A DNA stretch of 63,192 bases, the filler included, from Reticulomyxa filosa (Eukaryota > Protista > Foraminifera): the NCBI GenBank assembly GCA_000512085.1. It is 22 parts of 22 records of this genome, joined end to end, with 100 filler letters (N's around TTAATTAATTAA, not from the genome) between each part and the next. Parts side by side here need not be neighbours in the genome. Positions count along the whole stretch, not along the records: positions 51,956 to 54,796 come from ASPP01007958.1; positions 54,897 to 58,535 come from ASPP01021693.1; positions 58,636 to 60,792 come from ASPP01015465.1; positions 60,893 to 62,010 come from ASPP01045593.1; positions 62,111 to 63,192 come from ASPP01025055.1; 17 more parts are not named here. One strand, written 5' to 3'. Below are positions 52,790-63,192 of the stretch, in pieces. The notes under the pieces were generated by a model. The model searched no databases and was not told where the DNA came from. It saw only the letters and a program-made list of their open reading frames with translations. Position numbers and translations under genes: made by a program. Positions within the stretch are counted from its first letter, which is position 1. Each line of letters starts with the position of its first letter.

Positions 52790-53467
52790 TTAAAACCAAG
52801 CAGAAATACAGCTGACAAACCACTTCATACCACTTTTTACTGCGGAGCACATTGTCGAGGCACTTTCCTTTACTGTAGTGCACACTATTGAGGCTCCTTC
52901 TTTCACTTTAATGCACACGGTTGAGACACCATCTTTGACTGTATTGTACACTTTTGAGGCACATGTTTTAACTTTATCCCAACATTCTGTAATCACGTCC
53001 CAAACAGCTAAAATAAACTTTTTGAGCCACTTCAATAATTGTTGAATCAATTTGCAGATTGCTTGAAGCCCTTCCATAAATTTGTTGCAGCATTCCAATA
53101 GAAGGCCACTTTCCTGTCTCTTAGCTTCCTCTTCGTTTCTTTCTCCTGGTATCTCCAATGGCTCTTCTTCTTCTCTTTGCAAAGGCTCCATTGCAAAGGG
53201 CTCATCGTTTCCAACATGTAGAGCCACTCCATCCCTTGCTGCAGCTTGAAGTGCAATCTGTCCGTTATCAATTTCTATATCGACAACTCGGTGCAATTTG
53301 TATCGCATTACTTCAAAACAACTCCACATATCGCTCAGATTTCGACAAATAAGGAAACGCGGAACTTCCATTTGAATTGTCCTAGCTACACGCACTGATA
53401 CTAAGCTGTTGTTACCTATCATGCCCACCACCAACATCAACAAAATCACTGCACTCAAAGAGATCAT
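52790..53467 (-). CDS. Intronless protein with N-terminal signal/anchor and C-terminal 11-residue amphipathic repeats
   Basis: MISLSAVILLMLVVGMIG; repeats VKTCASKVYNT/VKDGVSTVCIK/VKEGASIVCTT/VKESASTMCSA/VKSGMKWFVSC. Confidence 0.75.
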   Translation of the reverse strand: MISLSAVILLMLVVGMIGNNSLVSVRVARTIQMEVPRFLICRNLSDMWSCFEVMRYKLHRVVDIEIDNGQIALQAAARDGVALHVGNDEPFAMEPLQREEEEPLEIPGERNEEEAKRQESGLLLECCNKFMEGLQAICKLIQQLLKWLKKFILAVWDVITECWDKVKTCASKVYNTVKDGVSTVCIKVKEGASIVCTTVKESASTMCSAVKSGMKWFVSCISAWF

Positions 53468-54705
53468 CGAAATACATGTTTTCCAAAAAATTTTAACTGT
53501 TTGCTCTTTTTACTCTGTTGTACAGTTCGTGTCCTCTTTGCGAAAGATTTCTGACACGAACACTACTGTTTAACGCTTCCGCTACTCTATGACTCATCAC
53601 TGATGCTGTTGTCTTTCTCTAACAAACAGTCAGCAAATACTCTGTCGCCATAAAAAAAAAAAAAAAAAAAAGAAAGAGGGAAAACGAAACAAAAAAAAAA
53701 CGCACCTTTCTGTAGGAAATCTTGTTTCGTTTTTTAATCAGCATTCAAAAACTGACTATCTGTGTGCTGTTGTTACAGATAAAACGCATTTTTAAGTTTC
53801 TAATCTTAAAAAATATCCAAAGTCGTAATGTATGAATTGTGATATAGTTCTACCGTCTAAGAGAAGTCTTGGTAAAACGGTTCAAAGGGTTCTTTTTTTT
53901 TTTTTGCACTCTGGGACAACGTCAGCATCAAAAAGGAAGTATTTTGTGGAGAACTACTTATTGTGTAATCGTTCGTATGGGCATTGCAACAAAGAGTGTA
54001 TAAATAAAAAAGAGCTTTCGTGTGCGTTGCACACCTTCTTGCGAAAGAGCAAGAACTCGTCCAGGGCACTCAAAAATGTTGTTTTTTTTAAATTATTTGT
54101 GCGACAGAACTGCACAGAAACAAGCACAGCCAAGGCAGCTCTTATTGCTTGCATTGACAAATTTCTAACGATATATTATTCACTTTTTTTTCCTTCACTC
54201 AAAAACCTATAATCTATTGGAGAGTGCACAAAGTTCTCCTTGCACTGTTAACACACTACCCTCTGGTGTTTTGAGTATACACGTCCATATTGCCAAATGT
54301 TACTGCGTTCTAATGTGTCTACAGGACATGGACTTCACCAAAATCAACTTTGATAAAGCTCTATGACTGATCCATCAATGGTTCCCTATTTTTTTAAATG
54401 ATTTTTTACGGAGAGCCCACAAAGAAAAAATTAAGAAGACTTTGCACAGTATCAAAAGTAAGTGGCTGTTTTTTCACAGTCGTTTTGGAATGTGAATAAC
54501 GTGTATAATACAGAATGAGTGTTTTACAATAATCGAAAAAAAGGGAAAATTAGTGTATCCAAGATACCACTTTTTTTTTGAAGTTTTTTTTTAACGTTCT
54601 TTGGAATCACAAGGTTCCCTTGAGATATCGCATCTACGGCTTTTTTTCCCAAGTGGTTTTGAAGTTAGAATAGCGTGTGTTTTTTTTTTAGCTTAATTTT
54701 GTAAA

Positions 54706-54754
54706 ATGTCCAATGGAAATACGCCAGTGTACAAGATGGTGGTTATGGGCGCCG
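54706..54754 (+). CDS. First exon of a Ras-superfamily small GTPase
   Basis: MSNGNTPVYKMVVMGA-G (YKxVVxGxG, start of the P-loop) followed by a canonical GTAAGT donor at 54755. Confidence 0.7.
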
Positions 54755-55900
54755 GTAAGTAGCCTGTCTTTCAATGATCGCATACCTGCAGAACGTNNNN
54801 NNNNNNNNNNNNNNNNNNNNNNNNNNNNNNNNNNNNNNNNTTAATTAATTAANNNNNNNNNNNNNNNNNNNNNNNNNNNNNNNNNNNNNNNNNNNNAAAA
54901 TCAACCCTTTCTAAAAGTATATATTACCACAAGTGAACCTTGAAAACTTACTTTGTTCTTTATTAAATTTTGTTTCAATGAAATTTATTCAAACAAGAAA
55001 CACTTTCGTATTACACTTAACATTAAAACTTTTTGAAAAGTAAAATTGACTTTGAATAAAGTAATTGCAATATAGCAAGATATGATTGCACTCTATTCAT
55101 ATGGAATTATTTTACAAATATGGATTTGATGATAATTTCATTGCAAACGTTTGGCACATTTGATTACTCAAAGTGATAGCGTAAGATTATTAAAAAAGAT
55201 TCTAGTCAGGTATATTTGATATTGGAAATTGCAAACACATCACAGATTTCATAACATTAAATTTGTATGTTCAAGCTTTATTTTACGGACACACTAGATC
55301 ATGGAAACCAGATGACAAACATATCATTGAAAGTGGCACACAATTTGTATATAAATGCTTATGCAAATTCAGTCCAGAAAAAAGTAGAATAAAATGAAAA
55401 GCTATTGCATCACAAAGACAAAATCTTTCAAGTTCTTCTAATGTTTTTGCTTAAAATAATGTTTCAATTTATTATCAATTCGCATTTTTACAAAATATTC
55501 ATCTATTATTTTGTACAATTGAGCGTCATTGGAAAATAATAACATTATTTTATGAAAGACTTCTTTTCATTGTCATCAAAAAAAATAACAATGTGAAGTT
55601 AAGAGTGAAGCATACTTGCTTTGCTTGCACTGATCTGCTTTAATATATTATCTTTACAATTCTCCAAGAAGATAAGTTCGTCTATTACCAGCGATTCACG
55701 CTTTCATTGATTTTGTTGTGAAGAAGTAGCAACAAAATATCCTGCATTTGCATTTTTTTGTTAAATGTTAGTTGTCTGCTGAAGTGCAGAAATAAATGCT
55801 ATTACTCAAAGTTATTGATTAACAAAAAAATAGGCATACAAAAATTTCAAAAAAAACCACCAAACAACACACTTTAAATTGAACGTTTTCAAATATTTGA

Positions 55901-58535
55901 TTATTTACTTTTTTCGATTCCAAGTTTCCAAAGCGGCCCTATATGACGAAACGCAAGCGATTCTAGTGTCCCATTCAAATCAACGTCTTTGAAAATAACT
56001 CCTTTATTGGCAAAAAAGGAGTGTGCTCTTGTTGACAATGTCCATTTGAATTTCTTCCGATCTTTTGCGTAATTCATGTCCCACGATCGGATATATGTGC
56101 ATTTGTTCTTATCTTTTGAGTATGTTACAATTTTGGAATTACCTGAAGAAAATTGTACTTCATATATATCATAACACTCAGCAAGTTGGTAAATTTCATT
56201 TCCAGATATCACATCCCACAATCGAATTATCTTGTTTGAATATGATACAAGTTTAGATCCGTCAGATGAAAACTGCATTCCGATCACTTCTGTGGAGTGA
56301 CCCAATGTCTTGAGGTTTTTTGTTTCTATATCCCTTATTTTAATCGATGCGTTATCTAAATAGGCAATTTTGGAGCCGTCGGATGAAAATTGCACAATAC
56401 CTGAATGTCCTTTCAATGTTTTAAGTATGTTTCCTTTTTTCACATCCCACATTAGAGTGATGTCAGATGAACAGGACAGAATACGTTCACCATCGGACGA
56501 GAACTGCACTTTATGTATATTGTTTGTATGTCCCTTCAATATCTTTTTTTTCTCCGACCCAATCCATATTTCAATAGCAGTAGATAAAATTACAGCAATG
56601 ATATTACCATCACAAGATAATTGCACATCATTAACATCCCCTCTTATCTCGAAGTTGCTCTGTTTCTTCCCTGACGATGTATCCCATATTTCGATTGTGT
56701 TATCCACAAAGAGTAATGCAACAGTGGGCCTACTGAGTGAAAAGCGTACAACCTTCACTGGTTTTTTTTTTTTTTTTTTATTATTACTTCTCTGGATATT
56801 GCATCTTGTATTTTAAAGGATTCATCAACGCTAATAATTTTGGATCCATCCGGTGACAGCTTTCCACTGGCGGATATAGAAAGAAAACATGTCTCCCCAA
56901 AATTGACTGCCTCCATGTTTGCACTTGTAAAATTGACCTCTTGTAAAACAGCCTGATAAAAACTAACACCCTGCAAGTTGGCACCTTCGAATGTAGTCTT
57001 TTAAGAATGGCGCGGTCCAGATTCGCATGTGGGATGTTGATGTTTTTCCAGTCCTTGTTATCTAAATGTATTCCTCCCAAATTGAGTATAGTGACCGCAT
57101 TTGCTGCTGCGTTCTGGACTTGTGAGTTGTTCTTGGAAGCGTCGATGATGAGGAACAATTGTTTGACAAAGTGTCGTTGCCATCACGTCCATTAAATTTG
57201 TACCCTCCAGCCCTTTCTGCAAGAAGCTCGAGGATTCCAGGAGCGTCCAGCAATTCTTCATTGAGCTCAAATTGTTCAATTTCTGCAGTTTCCTTTCCAT
57301 CCAGCTTAGCTTCGTCAACTTGTTTTGCAATATATTGTGCCGCTTGTAGTTCGTGCTCTAATTTGTGCGGAAAGGAATATTGATAATTGCCAAGGTCTTT
57401 TAAACATGATCGAGAAAACATTGTATGTTCGAAATGCTTCTCAAGACAAGTACTTGAATTTGTATGTGTGTTGTCTTTCTTTTCGTCGTTATCAATTGTT
57501 GGATCAGGTCTGTCTGCGCTCGTCTTTTTGCTACTTTCATTTTCGATTGTAAGCACACTTGTCTTTTTGCTACTTTCATTTTCGATTGTAAGTACACTTG
57601 TCTTTTTCTGATGCATGTCTATTGCCACCTCTTGACACTTTGTTTTTATAATTGAATCTGCTGTCCTTGGGTTGTCGTTGTAGTTATGTACTTTGCAAAA
57701 TCTTTGCGAACAGTTTTTGACCCAGTCTTTACATTGCGCTTCAATCAGCTGCCATCTTGTAATATTTGTAAAAGTATCTTTAGGCCATTGTGGCAATTGC
57801 GTGACGAGGATTAACAGGAAATATGGTTCTTTTGCCATCATTTGCAAGTTGAGATATTTGTTCAAGGTCTCTTCATATCTTTTTTCGTCCCAGTACTTTT
57901 TCTTCAAATGTTTATTCTTGCCATTCAAAAATTTTCCAATGTACTCAATCTTTTGTTGCTTCGAAAAAGGCAGCAAATGTATGACCGAGATTGGTATCTT
58001 TGTGTTGGAGCCATATCCGAGTAACATTCGTCGAATATGATCTTCGCTTAGCACATCACTTCGACAAGTGATCACGACTTGTGCGTTCCATTGATCCAAT
58101 TTGAAACGATCAAAAAAAAGGACTTGCCTATGCTTCGAATTTTTGTAGTTATCATAAATTTCATCAAAGCCATCCAAAAACAATCTAATCGGAGTCTTGT
58201 TGTTCTTGAGCTTTTCTGCTTCTACTTTGCCTATTTTTAATTCCAATGCATTCATGATCACATTTTCTTCTTCCGATGGATTATAATGCTTTGGCAAGGT
58301 GATGATAATGGGAATGGGAGTGGAAGTGGACTCGGCATTTCTATACTTACTCCAATCGTCTTCTCGCAACTTATGACAAAACAAGCTTTTCCCTGATCCT
58401 CGCTTTCCAAATACTACCACAACTTTTGTTCCACCTTTCCAGCATTTCGATATGTATGTGCTGCCCTCTATTATATCTTTTGCAGCATCATGGTCATCAG
58501 GGTCCACGTATGGAGACTGGCTTACGTTCAGTTTC
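55901..58535 (-). CDS. NACHT NTPase + pentapeptide repeats + WD40 (STAND/NLR-like) protein, 5' partial, frameshifted at homopolymers
   Basis: Walker A GKRGSGKS, Walker B LFLDGFDE, VVITCR, YSFPHK; AAANAVTILN; pentapeptides ANLDRA, ANLQGV, ANMEAV; WD40 repeats FSSDG..I...WD. Confidence 0.9.
57522..57607 (-). repeat. 39-bp in-frame tandem duplication (KKTSVLTIENESS x2 plus partial)
   Basis: Near-identical units starting at 57522 and 57561. Confidence 0.95.
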
Positions 58536-58635
58536 NNNNNNNNNNNNNNNNNNNNNNNNNNNNNNNNNNNNNNNNNNNNTTAATTAATTAANNNNNNNNN
58601 NNNNNNNNNNNNNNNNNNNNNNNNNNNNNNNNNNN

Positions 58636-59960
58636 GACAAAATGAACAATTTATTGTACAATGTGACACATCTAACGAAGCAATATGTGCTGCACTATTG
58701 CAAAATCACGACTGTGTAATCGTGCATATCGAGTTTATCTCCAAACAATTTAATTGCCACCAATTAAATTAGCACACGTCGGAAAAAGAATTGTACGCAT
58801 TGATCTAAGCAGTACAAAAATGTAGTCACTATTTATTGTTGAAAAAGTTTATAACATATACTGACCACAAAAATCTAGTTCATTATTTTCATTATCAGTG
58901 AAGCAAGTCAATATTAGGCTCTCCAGATTGGCATTGCAACTTAGAGGATTCTCATTCGAAGCTCGTTATTTCACTGTAGAAAATATTGACGAAAGTTGAA
59001 AAATTGTTAGTTTTAACAAGGTCTCAACAAGGTAAAAAGGTAAAACACAGAGCTTGTGGGCACGAACATATTGAAATTGTCACTCAAATCGAAAAAGCAT
59101 TCACTATGAGTCGCGAACTATACCACTATGATGAATTATTTGCACAGTAAGCAGATATAATTCTTGCAACTATAAAAGGCATTATTACAACGACCAACGG
59201 AAGTTATTGTAACATGAACAAAAATAAAGCAATATCGGACATTGGAGTAAAGCTATTGACCAACAAAAAATCAGATTGAACAAAATATGAATACTAACTT
59301 ACGATGATAAACCAATTGTCCCAAAATCAATGCAAAACGATTTGATGCTATATTTTCATTAACATGCACTAGCACAACACCAAGGTGCAAAGCGAATATC
59401 AGCTACAATTCAATAAAGATTATATTGGCCAGGACTTGTTGACGACGTAAAATGCTTCTGCAACATTGCTTTGCATGTCAAGTATCCAAGGGAGCAAGTG
59501 ATACAAACGCCGGCGAAATTCGATACATTCCAGCAACCAGACCTTTTCAAATGGTCGCATTGGACATTATCGATCCATTACCAATGACAGAACTATGTAA
59601 TTAATATATACTAGCATGATTGATCGATTCACACGTTATGCGTCTGAAGTTCTTCTCAAGACTAATATAGCAAAATCACATTATCTTTTGCAAGTGAGTG
59701 GATTTATCGTCATGGAGTTTCTGAAACAATTCTATCAGATAACTGGACAAAATTTAAAGGAAAAATAGCGAACATGCTGTCAAAGCTACTGTGAATAAAG
59801 CAATTTTTTACTTCGTCTAATCATCCACGAACGAATGGTTGGAAGGATTTCATCGATATATGAAAGAAAGACTAGTTACAATATCAGTTGATCTGAAATT
59901 GTACTTCACAAACAATAGCGACTGGACCATATTTTTACCAGCAATTGTGGCTTCATAACT
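58636..59960 (+). mobile_element. Decayed Ty3/Gypsy-type LTR retrotransposon pol (RNase H then integrase)
   Basis: FIVQCDTS, EKELYA, YTDHKNL (RNase H); HQG..YWPGLVDDVK, RPFQMVALDI, IDRFTRY, ILSDN, HPRTNG (integrase). RH-then-IN order; many stops. Confidence 0.9.
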
Positions 59961-61070
59961 GACAGATATATCTCTAAATTACAATAAAATCAAAGTTAAA
60001 GCACATTGTTCATTGTTTTGATAATTCTACAACGAGTGAATGACTTGTCTTGACCAAGATGATTATTTTCGATATCGTACAATTAATTACATTATTATGC
60101 TTGAGTTTACTTTATTTGAACTTAAAATTGTATTATTATGACAAAATTTTTTGGTTTCAAACACAAAACAACTTGTCTGAAACAAAAGAAACACTTCACT
60201 CACAATGTCTCGTAAAAAAAATCTTAAAGAAAAAAATTCGTTCTGTTCAATGGCCTTTTTTCTTAAGTACAAAAAATGGTCAAATATTTCTTTTAACCCA
60301 ATTTTTTGTTTTGTTAAAGAGTTGTTGACAATAACAACATTGAAACGATATAATAGAAAGAGTTGTTTTGAGTAAATTTTCACAAAGTAACAGAATGAAT
60401 AAAAAAATGCGTTTGGATATCTTTTTGAAACAAAAAACTTATGTGAACAAGCAAATGTCTCACCATTAAAAAACAAAATATTGTTTCAAAATTGTCGATG
60501 TCACGGACGGATTTGAAATTACAATTCCGAAATCTTTTGATGTTTTTTTATAAATACAAGAAATAGTATTGTTTAATTTAGAAAAAAAAGTTATTAAATC
60601 ACAAACCACATGTCAAATTCCCTTTTCCCATTATTCTTTTTTTTTTTGTCAACACTGAGTATTTGTTTTTGTGTTAAACATTAAGTATCTTTCTTAGATT
60701 TTTTTTTCTTTTTCTTTTCGCTGCTTGTTTTTTCTTTTGATTTGGTTTTCGTTTTTTTTGTTTTTGTTTTTTTCGTTTTTGTTTTTTTGGTTNNNNNNNN
60801 NNNNNNNNNNNNNNNNNNNNNNNNNNNNNNNNNNNNTTAATTAATTAANNNNNNNNNNNNNNNNNNNNNNNNNNNNNNNNNNNNNNNNNNNNTCTTTTTC
60901 TCAACTATTTTGTATTTATTTCATCCGATCACCCTGCAGGAAATAGCCTTTTGATTTCTGGTCTAATAAATTTTGCATAATAATCTAATTTACGATCTTT
61001 TTGAAGTAATACACAAAAACTTCAATAAACCCAAACCTAAAAACCCAAAATCAGGTAATTATAAAGAATC

Positions 61071-61557
61071 TCACCCTAAATTTTTAAGTGCCCAAGCTCT
61101 AAACTCAGAAAAATTTTGAAAAACATTAATTAATTTTTCGTTGGTTTTTACTTGAGATTTAAGCCAATTAACAGCTCCTTTCTTAGCCGCTGGAGCATCT
61201 AATAATTGTTTTATAGGGATATTTGGCTTTTATATTTTCGTTTAGATAAGGATATTTCTCATCAACGCTGCCTGGTGAGGTTTGAGATTTACACTCAATA
61301 ATTATATATTTTTCTTTATCTTTGGGATTAAAGATAAGAAAGTCAGCTTGACAATAGTGTGAATTATCAAGGGTTGAATATATGCTTTCACAAATCTGAA
61401 ATTGTTTTGTATAAAGTTTTTGGCTAAGAGCATTAGAAGCGACAATAAATTTACTTTTTGTTACAAATTCATAGCCAGCATCTTTTATTAATTCTTCAAC
61501 AAAACCTTCAAGTTGAACCCCTAATTCGCCAGCTCTTTTGCCACCTTGCTTTGCCAT
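61071..61557 (-). CDS. Small PD-(D/E)XK-superfamily nuclease, probable cognate restriction endonuclease (~160 aa after correcting a frameshift at ~61200)
   Basis: GVQLEGFV...QADFLI...IIECKSQTSPGSVDEKYPY; the shifted frame continues DAPAAKKGAVNWLKSQV...RAWALKNLG*; ATG is 3 nt after the MTase stop. Confidence 0.8.
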
Positions 61558-61560
61558 AAT

Positions 61561-62010
61561 TTAATAATTTGTGATTAATGTTTCGTAAACTGATTGTCTT
61601 TTATCGGCCTTGCAGTTTACTAACCTGGGAGCAGATATTTTTATAATTTCAAAATTCTTTTTGTAAATATTAGAAATAAAATCAGCATCAGAATTTGACA
61701 ACATTACATTAACACCATTTTTACTTAATTCCAGTACAAAATCTCTTAGTCTTATTTGGTCTTTTTCTGAAAATCCATTGCTTATATATTTTGTAAAAGA
61801 ATTTTTCGAAATAGGGTGATAAGGGGGGTCAAAATAAATAAAATCACCCTTATTGGGTGTTATTTTGTAAAATCCTGATATTTGATATCAGCGTGTTTTA
61901 AAACTTCAGAAACAATTAATAGATTATCCTCATCGCAAATTGTGGGGTTTTGATAATTTCCCATCGGGACATTAAACTCATGATTTTTATTAACTCTGTA
62001 AAGCCCATTA
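61561..62010 (-). CDS. dam: Dam-family (D12 class) N6-adenine DNA methyltransferase, C-terminal half; one frameshift at ~61865
   Basis: My translation: NGLYRVNKNHEFNVPMGNY...DFTK/ITPNKGDFIYFDPPY..SFTKY...FSEKDQIRL...VMLSNS...ETLITNY*. Not in the ORF track. Confidence 0.92.
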
Positions 62011-62379
62011 NNNNNNNNNNNNNNNNNNNNNNNNNNNNNNNNNNNNNNNNNNNNTTAATTAATTAANNNNNNNNNNNNNNNNNNNNNNNNNNNNNNNNNN
62101 NNNNNNNNNNTAAATAAAAGCAGCAAAGCGACAATAGTATTCTTATTAGATACACACACAAATGTATATATATATGTATATAAAGATAGAGGCAATTGCC
62201 TGATAACTTTGTCTTGAAACAGCCCGCATCCCAACGGAAACATTCGATGTACACTTGTTTCATGCCTGAATTTGACTCTTTGTCATTCTTTTGTCGTCGC
62301 CAATGCAATAGCTTCATTTGTTTATTTATTTGTTTGTTTGTAACAAAAAAACCCTTTCTCTCTTATGCATATATATATA

Positions 62380-63159
62380 CTTACCAAAAAAATATGATTG
62401 CAAAGTACAGAGATATGACTTTGAAAGACATAACACACGAATAGTACACATTACAACAAATGATAGTCCAAAAACTGCAATTGATTGTATTGGAAGTGTC
62501 CATGACAATCAATATAAACAATGGACTCAATAATACGCATAATAATCCACTTTTTTGTGTTGCCCAAGATATATATTTTTTTTTGTTATTGATGACGTGT
62601 GGGGTTTTTGTTGTTGATGACATGTTGTTGTTTTTTTTTTTGAACAATAAATCGATGGACAAATAAATTAATTAGTGAATTGAACTTGTGTGGATAAAAT
62701 AGTTTGAAGAACATAAAAATAGATGGAAAAAAGATAAGCGCATCGGATATGACACTAGACATACGCATAAACATTTTTGTGAAGTTACTTTCATTGCATC
62801 GAGCGCATGTAATGCAATCATTGCCGGATTTAACAATTGTGCCAACTTTCCAAAGATATAACTGTGATATGCACTCAATGATGGATAGTACAGTACACAG
62901 TATATCAAATCATTGGCACTTGAGTTTTTGTACCACTATGTTATTGGCAAGTTCACTGTTATTTCCATCCAATGTCGTTGTGCTTCAAAGTCTCCATACA
63001 TTGGAGGCTTGTGCGTTCTGATGTAGCTACACATCCTACACATAGCCGAACGAACACTTCTAAGATGCTTATACATAGCACACTCAGCTGTAAGGTGTTA
63101 TTCCGTTCAAAATATTGCAATAAATGATGGGTACAAAACAAATGTTCAATCATTTCCAA
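62380..63159 (-). pseudogene. ALG6: ALG6 dolichyl-PP-Man9GlcNAc2 alpha-1,3-glucosyltransferase pseudogene
   Basis: [67 protein letters not shown] across frames; in-frame TAG and an eroded WGLDYPP motif. Confidence 0.85.
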
Positions 63160-63192
63160 GTTTATAACGTCACAATCGTAAAAAAAAAAAAA

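Noticed and set aside
58636-62010. Gypsy element carrying, or adjacent to, the methyltransferase-nuclease pair
   Set aside because: Separated by a spacer at 60793-60892; different contigs, no linkage evidence.
1-63192. rRNA, tRNA or CRISPR arrays
   Set aside because: None recognised by eye; tRNAscan-SE/Infernal were not run, so small ncRNAs cannot be excluded.

Overview
This window is not one continuous locus. It is about 22 short draft-assembly contigs joined by an artificial spacer (N44-TTAATTAATTAA-N44, stop codons in all six frames; 21 copies). Almost all contigs are AT-rich eukaryotic DNA with spliceosomal introns, homopolymer tracts, poly-Asn runs and expanded WD40/TRAF-zinc-finger/NACHT/HEAT families. 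This strongly resembles the foraminiferan Reticulomyxa filosa (inference from family style, not a database match). Recognisable genes: RGS protein, enoyl-CoA hydratase/isomerase, FtsH/YME1-type M41 protease, VPS9 GEF, TAM41, a Kelch-type PPP phosphatase (PPKL/BSL-like), a MAEA/Gid9-like LisH-CTLH protein, RRM, EF-hand and WD40 proteins, a NACHT-pentapeptide-WD40 protein, a SecA-like ATPase and a Ras-family first exon. There is also an ALG6 pseudogene, two decayed LINEs and a decayed Ty3/Gypsy pol. Many ORFs are split by single-base indels in homopolymers (probable pyrosequencing error). The most notable items are (1) a bacterial-looking contig (60893-62010) with a Dam-family adenine methyltransferase followed 3 nt later by a small PD-(D/E)XK nuclease, and (2) a >1400-aa intronless HEAT-repeat/ankyrin protein ending in a candidate His-Asn/Asp-Gln-Cys cysteine-protease domain. 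Neighbourhoods across spacers carry no biological meaning. Exon boundaries and partial-gene ends are approximate.
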